The notes: generated by a model not told the origin, from the sequence alone. A stretch of DNA of 64,000 nucleotides from Azolla caroliniana (GCA_043228905.1 JBHGNT010000015.1:5456001-5520000); one strand, 5' to 3'; positions 45,119 to 59,100 are shown, numbered from the stretch's first letter. Program-made: numbers and translations.

Positions 45119-47245
45119 TCTACAATGATAATATAAAGGAAGATGTTACATAGGCATGTCCCCCTTCTAACGGCAATATAAAGTAAGATGTTACGTGAAT
45201 GCGCGTTCTAGATTTATGCATTTATCTTTCCCCAAATTTCATTAGGTACTAAAGAGTTTCAACACATGGTGAATATGGATGAATCGAGTAGAAACCACTA
45301 GGAGCTAAAGAGCTAATGGAATGGGAGAGAAGATAAATGGAGGCACTATGCTCATGAAAGAGGATTTCGTGTACGTGTGTATGGTTGTTAGTTGTATGTA
45401 TGTGGTCTCTCATGGTCATGGCTCCTAGGGCAGAGAAGTGAACTAGATTTTACATTAATGTCGGTGCTGCTTGCCCCATGTATCCACTCACAATTTTCTT
45501 CACGCTTACCATGGATACACCATGTGCCATTTTATATGACTATATCCACTTGATGGTTCATTATACTCCACTCATTTCCTAGGGTAGTAGAAATTTGTGT
45601 TGCGTTGGTGTCCGAAACCATTGATCTATCAAGCAGTAAAAAATGTATTAAAATGTGAAGCAACAAATGCTTCCACCTAATCATATATATAGCATGACCG
45701 AGGGATGTGACCCAAATAAGATGCTTCCACCAAGCATGGCCGAGGAAGCCCAATTTTGACCCAATTTCCACAAGTCATTGTAATTTTGACATTATACTTT
45801 GAGCATATGAGGAGTGAGATTCATACTCCATCAAACCTTCATCACATACCTTGTTACAATCTTGAGTCCATGACACCACCTGAATGCATAACTTGTGAAA
45901 GTGAATTTGAAGCATTGTAAGGACTCTCCTTGAGTAGTGGTAAGATGTAAGGAGCATCGAGGATTTCTCTCTTATTAGTTTTGTGTATATTGCATTCTAG
46001 ATTTCTCACAAGTTTTGGCAATCTATGATCTGGGATATTCTTAACCATTCTACTATTCTTGTATGCCTGCAATTAAATGCAAAGTTGAAAGAGAACCAAG
46101 TACAAATTTGCAAGATTGACACTACCGAAATGTCCCACATGATTTGCATAAGCAAACATATTGTCCTTGTAGGCATCTTTAACAAAATGACAAACTTCTC
46201 TTGTAGCAATTATATATTCCTATCAATTTTATCACATCATAGTATATATCGCTTTAGCAAAATGACTCTTGTATCTATCTTGTAGCAATCAAATATCTAT
46301 CGCATCATAAAATTGATGAATTTCGTTGTGTCACAGTCAATATGGAATATCATCTAGAGAGTTTAGAAATAATTAGTAAGTTCAACCATTATTACATAGA
46401 TGAATTCGATTATAATTGAATTTAACTTCTAATTCCTGATACAATGCTAGGTAAGAGTTTCATCATACCTATGAGAACTTGTGTCACAAATTGATCAATC
46501 TTGTTTCTAAATTGAATTTTTAGTGAGAGAATTTAGGGAAATGATGTGATCCATGCTTATATGAATTCATAGAGTAAATGGTGCTTTAAAGTAAATCGAA
46601 TGAGATGATCATCAATTATAAATACAGTTAATGACTCATGAGTGTGGCTAGTACTATACCCCCAACTTGAGGTACAATACCGATATTAACAAACATTGCT
46701 TCTAGAACACATCCTTCAATTTGCTTTCGGATGATATTGCTAATTTCATTGGGTCGAATATTTATTACCATCTTTTTTCCACCAAAATCTTACCCAAGGA
46801 AGGGACGAAAAGAGTGAAACTTATTACATGACAAGTTATAGGTAAGAAAAACTCTCCCACTTCAAGAAAGGTTTTGGTAGTCGAGTCTAGGTGTAGCGTG
46901 AAGAGAGCCAACCGGTTGCTTGACGGTGGCACACTCCTATATTACGAGGTTGTCAATCTTGACCAATACCAACCAACCTCCCATATTTCTGCACTAGAAA
47001 CCAACATATCAAAGCTACACACACTTACTTCATTGTCTACGTGTTGGTCGTGAACAGCTAGCGAATATAGTTCTATGAAGGATCACAAAATGGATTTAAA
47101 TTAGGCCTCTATAGTTATATGGGCATTTATCGAAGAAAGGCGACATGAGCTTCGTTTGTAGTGTGAAAAGCTTGTGTGGTAGGTATTATTGTTACTTGGT
47201 GCCAGATAAAGCGAATATGGTAGCCAGACATAGATATATATATAT

Positions 47246-47286
47246 ATCCCACATATTAAAGCATGCTTAACAGTAGGCTATAAGAA
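47246..47286 (+). promoter_or_regulatory. snRNA promoter: USE (atcccacatat) and TATA (tataag)
   Basis: USE matches the plant consensus RTCCCACATCG at 9/11 and sits at -66..-56. TATA starts at -33. Confidence 0.85.
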
Positions 47287-47311
47287 GCAGAGCAGGGACA
47301 ATGGGCAATTC

Positions 47312-47515
47312 ATACCTTTCTCGGCCTTTTGGCTAAGATCAAGTGTAGTATCTGTTCTTATCAGTTTAATATCTGATACGTGGCCTATCAGGCCACATGA
47401 TATTAACCTAATTTCTTTCATGGGGGCAGCTCCTACCCGAGACAGCTTGCTGCCTCTGGGAGCTGCGTGCGTCGCCTCAGTCTTGCACTGCCTCTGAGGT
47501 AATACAGGCGCGCCC
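47312..47515 (+). ncRNA. U2: U2 spliceosomal snRNA (best-preserved copy)
   Basis: atacctttctcggccttttggctaagatcaagtgtagtatctgttcttatcagtttaatatctgata matches plant U2, including the branch-point recognition GUAGUA. Stem IIb gtggcct/aggccac, stem III and loop IV ttgcac are present. The Sm site is a variant (aatttctttca). Confidence 0.93.
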
Positions 47516-47549
47516 CCCCCTTTCAAATTCAATTCACTAAATAAAACAC

Positions 47550-48990
47550 GGATTCTTTGAGGAGAAATGCTATTCTGTTTAGTGATAATATAGAAGGGCT
47601 TAATTTAGGGTAAATTCCCTACATGTAGCTAGATACCAGTGGTACGATCAATGCTAACTGCAAATCACAAAACCATAGGACAGACAGGTAGTTCAATGGA
47701 TGCGCAGCACACATTACACAGGATCTGATGGATATATGTGCTGTCGTAGCAGAGGATATGCTTGGCGCCGTAAGGGCGTCTGACAGATTTATGCATCTGA
47801 CCGACTTGGCCCAATGTCTCTCTTATTTCATACCATTCCTGCTCGTGGCTCACACAGCAGAAACAGAACGCAGCTTTGCGATCGTTGATCATTGTTATAT
47901 ATTTATTTACATACCTTAGAGGAAGGTTCGTCTTTCTTAGACATAACGTAGTTTTTGATTGGATGACTTGGACAGATTTGAACCACGTTCGGAATTAAGT
48001 TACGGACGAAGTGAGTAGAGGACAGCATGCATCAGACGAAAGTATAGTGACATATATATATATATATAGGGGGGAGTTAGATGGGATGGACACACAAACG
48101 TCGTTATGCATATAAATACATGGAGGTGCACATGGAAAAAGGATGTTGAGAGGGGAGAGGCCGACAGAGATAAAAATATTAGATCTGACAAATCCTTGGC
48201 TCCGGCCTCTCCTATTTCATTCCTGTTTGTGGCTAATACGGCGAAGTGAGAACTAGACTTGAAATCACACATTTGATATAATAACATAACCAACATGAGA
48301 ACAATGATTTAGTGAATCATATTTAAAGCCTTGTTGATTGGCTATACGCACAGTCTGTTAAATTAAGCATTTTACATTCAATTGAGAAGGGGGCCGCGCG
48401 AACGCGAGCCCCCGCTGCCACAAATTATGACGTGCACTCTCCCACATTGGGGAGATGCTAGAGCAAACAGCCCCTCCGAGAGTGCAATGGAGGCGCCGGC
48501 TCTAAGCCATCGGCCTTGCTGATCACCGATAGACCCCGCCCAGGTAAGTATGTTCTACCTTCCCTAAGCGCCTTCATTTTATAGACAACTCACTTTGTTG
48601 CCTTTGTATGTGGGACAATTCTAATCTAATCTTTCACAATGCTGTTCATTGTATTTATTCTCACTATGACGATACGCACACTCCTTCCTGAATCCTTACT
48701 AACTAACCATCCCATTCCCCCTCCTATACATATGTATGTATATGTATATGTATATGTATGTACACAATCAAACTAGGGTGCACCTCACTATTATTTGAGG
48801 GTGTGTGCCTCTAACCTCGCCCCGTACTTACTTAGCCCCTTCACGTCTCACATCTTTGGACCTTGGTTCCTATCTATATATGTATATAGAGATATCACAC
48901 CTCATATACACCCAACTCACCTCGATTTTCCTTTTTATACAATATGTTACCTGCAATGATTGGAGACCAAGGTTGTGACGTACAAACCAA
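47550..48990 (+). repeat. U2-downstream block duplicated at 60945-61655
   Basis: 47550-48020 aligns with 60945-61445, and 48825-48990 with 61493-61655, with long near-identical stretches. Confidence 0.9.
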
Positions 48991-49694
48991 ACACTAATGG
49001 CGAGGGTTACAAAAGTTGTTGAGTATTGTAGGAAGGAACCACCAATATATTATGCACATACAACCAAACACCCTTGCACTCCATGACCACCATTTGCGAG
49101 ATGTGATCCCCCCCCCCCCCCCCCATCCACTTATAAACGAGCACAGTTGAGAAGGCATTTGTGTTGCAAGAGTTGCCAACAGATTGCGAGCTTTGGAGGA
49201 ACCAGATGAAGAAGTGAAACGGATGAGCATGCCAAAATGAAAACTGTAGGTTCGTAAAACCGCTTGAAATGTAGTGATGCAATGGACTTCAACCACATGT
49301 CTCCTTTGTCAAATCTTCAATCAATAAATACGGTATTGAAACACATTTATGAAAGGTTAATGCTATTCTCAAAGCCCCAATGCCAACAAATGTTGAGTAG
49401 GCTTGCAAGGCAGATCCTACTACTCTATTGAAGACCTCATTGACATGGACGTTGGTTCAATAAAAAGCATATCCAAGACTAATGCTCGTGTTCTTGAAAG
49501 CATTAAAGGACCGACCACTATACTAGAATAAAGGGTTCCATGTTTTTGCGAGACACATCCAATATGGTAGTGAAAATCATACTTGTGTAGCCCTATGATC
49601 TGATGTGGTATTGGCCAACATACTACCGAAAAATGTTGTCGAAATTACTAGTCAAGAACAGTTTAGTTTGTGAACCAAACCAAACCACGAAACC

Positions 49695-50085
49695 AGGGCT
49701 TAACAGTTAAAACGATTTGGTTCAAGTTCAAGTTTTTGTAATCGGTTCGGATTGGGGGGTCAACACTTCAGTTTGAGCCTTTTTCAACCTAATGGTTTCT
49801 AGTATAAACGGTTTGACAATTTAGGGTCGACACTTGATTATTTTATTAAATATTTTCTTGAATATTGCCTTGACCAACCTTTACATTTTTAGGCCTAATT
49901 TTCACATTTTAGGAAAAATATTTAAAATTTTGAAATGTTGAAAGTTTTCAATTTTAACTTAACTTGAAGATCGAAACCAAACTGTGAAAATGTGGTTTGA
50001 AAATCCCTAAAACCATTTGGTTTGAGTTTGGATTTTTGGTAACAATTCGGTTTGAACTATTTTGGTTTAAACGTTTGTTAGCTTA
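49695..50085. mobile_element. Degenerate hAT-MITE-like remnant
   Basis: cagggcttaaca...tgttagctta ends with many ggtt/aacc subterminal motifs. Similar DNA occurs at 59650-60020. No clear TSD. Confidence 0.4.
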
Positions 50086-50569
50086 AAGCAAGTAGGCAAT
50101 GTTGCCTCAATGTTACTTGTATGTTGTCATCTGGAACACATGAGGAGCCTAACGTTGGAACTCCTTGTCACTCAACCGTTATGCCTAGGAATCATGCTAT
50201 GCTTCATTTATATGGTGTCCAAATCAAAACAAAATGTAATTTCACATAAACACAAGGTCAATTACAACGCCTTACACTTACCCACTTATCCACATGCAAG
50301 TAATGCCTATGGTAGTTCTCAAAGAATCTTGCATCTCAAGGTAAGATTGGTGCCAAGAGAGAAAATGCATGATAACACTAAGTGATCATACCATTTCTCA
50401 ATGACCAATGGACTCCAACGAGAATCATTAATCAAAACATGTGAGGCTAACATGGAGGGAAAACGTGAACGAGATCCACTTCCAATCTACACTTCAAACC
50501 TTAATCAAGTCCTGAGCTAAGACCTTGGGACAAAACAAAAGTTACCAAACTGTTGATAAGCACCAAGAT

Positions 50570-51070
50570 TGATTAGGTTCACAAATGGAACTCCAATATC
50601 ATGCCTACAACAAAATCTACCCATATGCCCCTCACAAGCACCAAACAAACACAATGTGTGGGTTAACATACATGTGGTCGCAACTGATCATAAGGAAAAG
50701 TGATGTTGGGACCATGACCAACTTTCTATACAAGAACACAATCATGCATTCTCCTCGGAAGTTTGTAAGTAATGGATGTTCTCATTTCCTTAACAAAGTC
50801 ATGGTTATTTTTTTCGGTGAGCATTGAAAGAGATCCTCTAACTAACTACATGAGATGGAAAGGATGAGCACAAAGCTCTAACAATATTCTTTTTAGCTTC
50901 CTTACCAAAAAGTTGTCCTATCAAGAAGATCATATTAGAGCCAATAGAGACAATTGGAATGGGTTTATTTTGGACTTCCTATGAGGTAGCCAAGACAACC
51001 CACCGTTTTTAGTGTATGAGCAAGAAACAATTGTGCCAATGGAGTTTTTAGTACCTAGACTACATATCGA
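50570..51070 (+). pseudogene. Highly decayed Gypsy integrase fragment (paralog at ~61850-62370)
   Basis: Remnants TNFLYKN..PRKFVSNGCSHFLNKV and VYEQETIVPMEFLVPRL. Confidence 0.6.
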
Positions 51071-53620
51071 TGAAGGGACTTTAAAAAAGAAAGGGCCTAA
51101 ACCCTAAAGCTTGTGCATTCCCATCTCTGACCATTCTTTCGCATAATCCACGAGCATGGCTAACCAACCTAACCTAACCTAAACCGAAGTAGGCAATGGA
51201 AAATATCAAAAATCAATGGCACTATTACAAACATAGCAAAGTGTGATTGTAAAAAAATGAGTGCATATCCCCTAGGACCCATGGTAGCATATTTGGAAGT
51301 TATAGGAGCCAGCCATACATTAGGGTTTGGAAGACATGTCCTAATGTATCCAAATCAATTGCCCATCACACATGTCAAGCCATGACCAACAAAATAACCT
51401 GTATTAATAAGCATCAGGAATCAAGCTTAGGTTTGTAATCACAATGCACACATACACATACACGTTTGTGGTGATTCATTATAATGCTCAGTTAAATGAA
51501 TTCCTGACCCGTAATGAATGCTGACAACAATCCAGGTTATGAACATTCCAATTTTTATAACAGAATTTTTATGACAAACCCTAAAGGAATTCTCAGAGTG
51601 AAAACCTAAACAAACGAGATTGGATTCGATTTACATAAGAAATTGGATTCGGGAGCAAGGAGCAGGAAAGAGATAGAAGAGGCGAAGGATCTGTATGGCT
51701 AACAAGTTAATACGACCTGCAACATGGGGTTAATTAAAGAGCCAGTTCATAGATGAGCAGTCATTAATACGCTTGGAAAGAATTAAGCACAGAGATTCTG
51801 GATTAAAATCTTGTTTAGGACATTTATCTGATGTACTTACTATTTATTGGCAGGGGCGCTATGCTGTTGATAAAGAACACAGAATGCAGTGACTTTCTAA
51901 CTGGGAGTATGTAACACAGCTTGATTTGTCCTTGAGAGCTTTTTCTTTGTTCTGTTTCTCTTCTTGGTAGTAAGTAATCAATGGAGTCTACTCGAGGTCC
52001 AGACAGACCTAACCTTCTTCTCCTTCTCCTTATAGACTGCCTATGCATGACCAAATTCCTTCCCAAATCCCTTCATCTCTTCGCAGAGATTCAAAGGTCT
52101 GAGATAGTGCAGAAAGCATGAGAAGCTTCTGAAGAAACATTGAAAGATTCTAGCTTTTTACTGAAAGGGTACTAATTCATAGTTAATGGTTTGTTTGGAA
52201 AAATGCAGGATCTTAGTGTTTCCCGTATACAAAACCCAGTTACACTTACTGACAATCTGGTATAATTCAAAATCACCAGTTTCATTCCATCAATTCTCTC
52301 ATTTCTTTTCTTTCCTTTCCATTCCATTCTTCTTATGTCTCATTTATTTCCTTTTACTTCGCTTTCATTGCATACATGTTTACCTACACATTCCCCATTG
52401 CTACCTTGTGGAAATTAGCATTCTTCTCACTCCAATCCATTCTATTAATCCATCTCGTTCCATTCCATTTTTAGACTAATACGGAGTAATACATACATTA
52501 CTTTAGTGACCCTCATTTTTCACCATACATTACTTCTTGTTTGGTGCTCTACATGTGAACATATATATGTATCAAGGGAATATATGCGTCGAATGGAAAT
52601 GCAGAAACATTCTACTAAATCTTTACTAATTTCCTACTTCATCTCATGACTTTCTTGCATTCTCTCAGAATTTTCAAATGGTGAATAAGAGACTCATCTG
52701 ATTAGTTTGCATATGGTATGCGTTGTCAAACAAGAACAAAGAAAGCACAATATGAGAGGAATGTAATTAGAATGACCCCCTCTTTCAATTATATACCATT
52801 TTGAATCCTATAGAGAAGACACATTAGACAATGTATACTACCTAGCAAGCAATGAGCATGTATATAGTTGATTTGGCCAACAATTTATCAATGTTGAGCC
52901 CATTAATTCATCGTTATTTGGTTTCTAAATATTTGCCAATTCATACCCTAAATCGGTAAAGCGTAATCAAGTAGATAGATGCAATCATACAAATATAAAA
53001 CCCCCAACTTTATGTGAGGCTCAAAATTATGAGATTTGGTAAATACCGTTACGAGGAAATTAAAAATGACGGATGGGCCCCAGAGCATGTTCTGGCAAAC
53101 AGTAGAAATGGTGGAGGCCTCAAGAACAAGAACTGAGCACTTCTCTACATATGGGCTAAGGATCTGTCGTAAGGGGATGAGTATGTTGCTTAGGCTATTT
53201 TGGTTAGTAATGTGTGTGAAGTACCGAGATGTTATGGAAGGCATCGAGGTTTGTGATGAATAAAATGATACACTTACATTCTGTTTTGACAAAAAGATGC
53301 AACAATTTGCCCAATGTGTGGACAAATTATTCAGATTTAATGCAAATTTATTTATAAAACAATTATGGATAATGGTTCCAAAAAGAGTTATTGGTAGGTG
53401 GTTTCGTTGACATTGTTGTGTTTTATCATATCGGGCACGCACGTAATGACATTGTTTGGGTATACATAACATGAAATAAACTCTCTGAAACTGAGGACTG
53501 AGCTTCGATTTTGAAAGACTGAATAGGATTGACATTATTAGTTTGGAAGCTTCAAATTAGAGTAGATATGGCAAAAATCTACACCAGAATAAGAAGAAGA
53601 GTTAAGTATGATGAACCTAT

Positions 53621-53623
<3 letters not shown>

Positions 53624-53672
<49 letters not shown>
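53624..53672. repeat. (GA)n microsatellite
   Basis: About 24 GA units. Confidence 0.95.
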
Positions 53673-53675
<3 letters not shown>

Positions 53676-55799
53676 TTAGATCTTCCAGGATTTGATAGGA
53701 AAAAGGTGCAACAAATTTTTGAGCTAAACTTCTTTTTACCCCCTTTCATTGGGCATCTGTTATATATTCTTTGATTTAAGACATCAGGCTAAGGACGCAA
53801 ACAGTGTCATTAGATTTAACTGGAAAGTAATGCAGGACACCAGATCCTCTTATGCAATAAAGATATGGATACCAGAAACCCTAGCAAACAAACAAACAAG
53901 ATGTTATTTGCAAAGCACAATATGATTCTGTTAGACAATGTAAATGCACATGACAGTCATTCTCTTTGCTGGCAAATGCAGTGATGAATTAGCCATCATA
54001 GATCACTTCTGTAATTAAGCAAAAGCTATAAACTATGACCCCTTAAGCAAAAGAGATTTGGTAGCTATAATAAGGCCCTGTTTAGTTGGATAAGAAAGAT
54101 TGCAACATCGAGAGATGAAATGAAGAAGAAACAGGCAACGAGGGAATGGTTTAATGGAAAGAAATAAGGAGAGTCACCGTAATAATAGTGGTAACAGTAA
54201 TGGCAAGTACACCAACTTGGTTACCCCAAAATCCAAATAAAAAAATTTACATTGTTTCATGACAAAATTACATTGAACCAAATTGAAATTATGTTCCAAA
54301 TATTCAGAAACAACAATATTCATCAACAAAATTCAGATTTCTAAGTCTTTCTTTATTTCATACAAAAGTTATGTAAACGCATTTCCCAGCTGTTTGAAAA
54401 GAAACGCAAGTTTGTTCAATTTACAATGTTGGGAAACTACTGCTACATTTTGAAATTTATGTTACAATTATATATTGATAAAACCTGCTTTACGGTATGT
54501 AAGAACCTTTGCAACTAGCGATATAATCTGGGAGCAATTAGAGTGGTTGATCACCATTATGGAGGCGATTAGAGTGGTTGTGGGGATCTGTTTATATAAT
54601 CATCGAGTGATTACTAGAGTGATTGTGGGGGCTGCGCTTTCAACGCTACCAAATGTCTATAGTAATGTGCGTATATGTGGCATTGGCCTGCCTCCTATAT
54701 ATTAGATGCCAACCTAACCCAAGGCAGATAGACAGTAAATTTCAGGATCAGTACACACATAACAATCATCGAAATGCACAGATCTACCTGCGCGACTTGA
54801 GATTTTTCTTTTTTTTTGCGCACCGATCTACCTGAGCGAATTGAGATATATACACAACAATGGAAACGAGATCATATGCCGCAATAAATCAGACACTTGT
54901 TCACACCAGGGACAGATATAGATAAAATCAGCTAGAATATAACAGAAATCAGAATCCATATCATTTTCTTGGCAAATACAGCAGCAGAAATCGATTATCT
55001 AGCATAAGCAGGAAACAATCAATCAAGACCCCCTTTGCCAATGTATGCAATATGTAAGTGTTTCACTTCATACCTTGTCCCTCATAATTTCTAATTCCAT
55101 CTTAGCACTTAGAAAGCATTGGTGACTAGAATAAGAAAAACACACAAAGGTAAGCCATCCAATGTCATTGGGCTTGACAAGCTATTGATTGTCCAATGAG
55201 TATATAACCTTTACTTCAAAATTTACATGAAAGGGTTGATTTCTAATTACAATGAGATAAGCATATAAACCTAACTGATTTGGAGGATGACAAAAAAAAA
55301 ACCATCCATCCATCCATGATGTGTTGTATCATCGTGTCGGTTCGATCGTGGCGCACTAATGTCGGATCCATATGGTCCCGTCGCTATCATCCATGGAGAT
55401 GACAATTGTATCGCCCACATTCTGACACTTGATTCATCCATGGAGATGACGATAGTATCGCCCACATTCTGACACTTGATTCATCCATGGCTTTTGATGT
55501 TAGAGTGGTTAAGTGCACTTGGAATAGTGTGGATGGGACTATATATTCTCTGATGATGAGGATTGATGATCACATTGTCATGATGATGAATATGATGCAA
55601 GCTTGGGAGATTATAATTAACTATCATATCATTATTTGGGCTCATGTGGAGATTGATTGTCTTGTGATGATCATCATCATTACCATCACTAGAATGATGA
55701 GGATGATTATCTGTGGGCTTATAGGGATGAGAGATCATGGTGATTACCATCATCATGAGGAGGATGACCCATTCATTTGAGATCAATAGTCGAGAGAGT

Positions 55800-56145
55800 G
55801 TAAAATGGGAAAGGCCACGTTGGCTTCATGACCCATTCATTGCTTGACAAGTGTGTCCATGTTTGCTTTCTTTCTTTTGCACGGTCTCTAGATACGTTAC
55901 ACGCAAATGTTCAAGTCTCTCAATGTTCCGTCTTCGTAACCTTTAGGTTGTGGGTATAATAAAATAAGCATTAGGTTGTGGGTATAATAAAATAAGCACC
56001 AAGCACGAAGTTGTTTCAAGCGGTCAAGTTTCCTCGAGAGGCAAGTTCGACTTGAGGTCTTTGAAGGTCCAACATTGTATTTCACATGGTTCTTAAATTA
56101 GCATGCCTACGTTGTTGGTTTCACAACTAACCTTTCGAAATACAT
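55800..56145 (+). repeat. Duplicated block, paralogous to 60105-60470
   Basis: ccacgttgg...acccattcattgcttgaca...gggtataataaaataagcaccaagcacg...tgcctacgttg is shared. Confidence 0.85.
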
Positions 56146-59100
56146 AATAGTGTCATAACGCCAGTGTGTTGAAAAAATATTCCAAAGAGTGGGAAATGAT
56201 GATTGTTTTTCCCACTTGCTTCTTTTTATGCGTATATGGCAAAGGAGATTACATGCATGGGCACATGAGAATAAGTACATGATCACTCAAATGGACCATG
56301 CAATTCCAAACATCAATGATCTCTATCTATAACACCAACTATAAATTCAAAACCAATTCTAGTTGGCTAAACTAGCAACATCCAACTTGCAAAACATATA
56401 GAAACATTTTGGCTTGGCCACAATGCCAAAGCTGCAATGGGTCCCTGAAAAAGACTCTCAAGTGGCGTGTTTGGAAGTAGTTAACTAAGGCCCAAGGGTG
56501 GGCAAAGGTGCAACCGTGATAGAAGGCCAAAACACTATATTGCAAGGCCAAATGTGAAGGGGTGAGGGTGAATAGGTGTATTAAAAAGTGAGTGAAAATG
56601 TGAAGATAGTTAAAGTTGTCCAAGACATACAAGTTGGCACCTCATTATGTGCCACTATAATTGGAGATCCAAGCCTTGATTTTTTTCCATGTAGGATGAT
56701 GACTAAGAAGGAAAATGGAGGGAAAGATTAAGATATGAGGATACACAAGGGGAGAAGACCTACATGGAGTTGTATGGCTAAATATACAATGAGCCTCACT
56801 ACATAAAATCAGGCAAAGGTCGTGATGAGTCCTTGGAAGAACTAATGCACAATGTGAGGTTAGGGCTCTTTTAAAATAGGAAGAGATGGGAAGTGAAGGA
56901 TGCCTTGGACGACTACACTATTTGAATGATCTATACAACCCCCACCTAACTAACTATGGTTCAGAAACACCCAATCGCACATTTGGGAGATCCTTGTTCC
57001 CTATCTTCCCCCTCTACATGAGCCTTGGTTGCCTGATCACCGTGACCTGATGAGGTTGCACTCCATCCACTTTTTCATTGGCCAAATTCATCACGATTGC
57101 ACTCCCAACAACAAATCAAAGTTTCGACACTCATACTGCCTCTCAGTTGCTAGTGTTGCCTTGGCTTTCCCTCTCCATTCTCCATTTGACTCTCCACACT
57201 CCCAAACATTTAACTAAGCTAGTTAGAGCCTTGCTCTCAGCCTTAATAAACACCCCACTAAGCACCACACGCTTAGTCTTTCCTTATCCTTAAAGCTTTA
57301 GGTCAAATGGTCACCCCAAATATGAAAGAGGTCAACCACTTTGGAAAAAGTTATAAATGTCACATTTTAGAGTGCTCTCCCTCCCTTATTCCCATAATAA
57401 TGATCGAAGGTATAACACTCTCCCTCCATTACTCCCATATACTCGTGTGAATTGCTCAAATAGTGTCAAGTGCTAATTAGTCAAACTTTAAATCCTTCCC
57501 TTTTGTATGTGTTGTGTGACTTCCCTTCTTAATCAAGGTGTGTTTAGCACTACTATGTGTAATATTGTGACTTCATGTATGTGTGTGCTTAATATTTAAG
57601 CTTGCTTAAGGTTGAGGTTAACTTCTTAATAACGTTTGTCTTACTGAAGTGAGAGTGAGGGTTAGTGAGGGTTCGTGAGGATAGGGTTTGCAAGGCTAGC
57701 AACTTGAGAGTGATTAACAACCACTCTCACACGGTTCCCTATTTTTAGGGTATATGTCAGACAGAACCCCCTGGCCAACAATATCGGTGTGGGGCAAACT
57801 TTGTCGATACATAGAAGTGCAATCAGTGTAACACACCTAGTTATGATAGAGTGACACTTTGCACCTCTTTATGCAAGTCATGCCACGGTCTACAAGTCTA
57901 TGTAAAAGTCGCATTGTGACTACTCTTTTAACATTAGATCAACCATAAAATATATTAACGCATAAACTATTAGGTTCTCATGTCTCGTATCACATTGTTT
58001 GTGATACACCACTATCAATAGTTCCATTTAGTGAGTTTTTATGGTCCTTTTTACTTTGTTGGGTTTAAGTAATTAGAGGAGGATGTACTCATTTAATGTA
58101 GCAACCGAATTTTATATAGAGTGGAACATTGTCTATTTTATTTACTGATAATGATTTGTTTTTGCACTTTGTCTCGTGGTTATCCATCCCTTCTAAAAGG
58201 TTTTCCACGTTTTTAATTGTAGTGTATTGAGCTGAGCAATCCTTATGATGTGGTTTTTGTTTCTATAAAAGATAACTTGTATCAAAAATCACATTTGCCT
58301 CTTAATCAAGTAGTAGAATTCTTTTGACATTCTTTACACGGCCACAAGTTCAATTATGTGTTGGTTAGGGTTTAGATTCATTTATTTTGTCTGATTTTGG
58401 GTGTAATGATATTTGTATGTGACTCTGCTACTTCCTATTGCATGTTGGTCTTTACGAATCTCAAGTAGGCTTTGTTAATTACTCGAAATAAGAAAAAGAG
58501 ATGACATAAGAAGCGCTCAAGGATAAACAAGTCTTACCATGTGTCAAATGTCATGTTCGAAAGTAGTTGTTGTCGATAGTGAATTTCAAGTAAACATCTT
58601 AGTCAATAATTAACTCATTATTTGGGTTTAATTCATTCATTCTTGTTAATCAATATTCTTCTATGAACTAGCATTTAATTTTGAATAAAAAACCATACTA
58701 TTACATATAACATACCTTTGTATTAAGTGATTCCTTGTGTTCAATTCTTCCAAGCTTATTATGGTATACTCATCTTCATTCTTTAATTAGCCCAATGTTG
58801 TAGTTTAAATATACATCCTCCCAATAGCTCCAAATGCTCTTGTGTTAATTCACTATTAATTGTGACTATTTCTCAAGTTATGGTAGTGAGTCAATACAAA
58901 TGCTCTAAAGAATTCTCACCTCAGATCGTTCTCCTGACTCGCGTACTTGTCTAATCTTGAAGTTCTCCACGTTTTTGTTTTACGAAGCAATCTTAATTCT
59001 TTTATACTCGACTATTTTCAACTCGGATTGATGACTTTGGCATGTTCAGCTGTAAAATGGACATGACATGCATATATGGATGTAAATGGTTTGTGTGCGA

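Noticed and set aside
51850-51945. Partial resemblance to miR390 target sites (TAS3-like)
   Set aside because: Only ggcgctat matches; there is no tasiARF core and no convincing second site.
52948-53535. 195-aa minus-strand ORF
   Set aside because: Intron-like composition and no recognisable domain.
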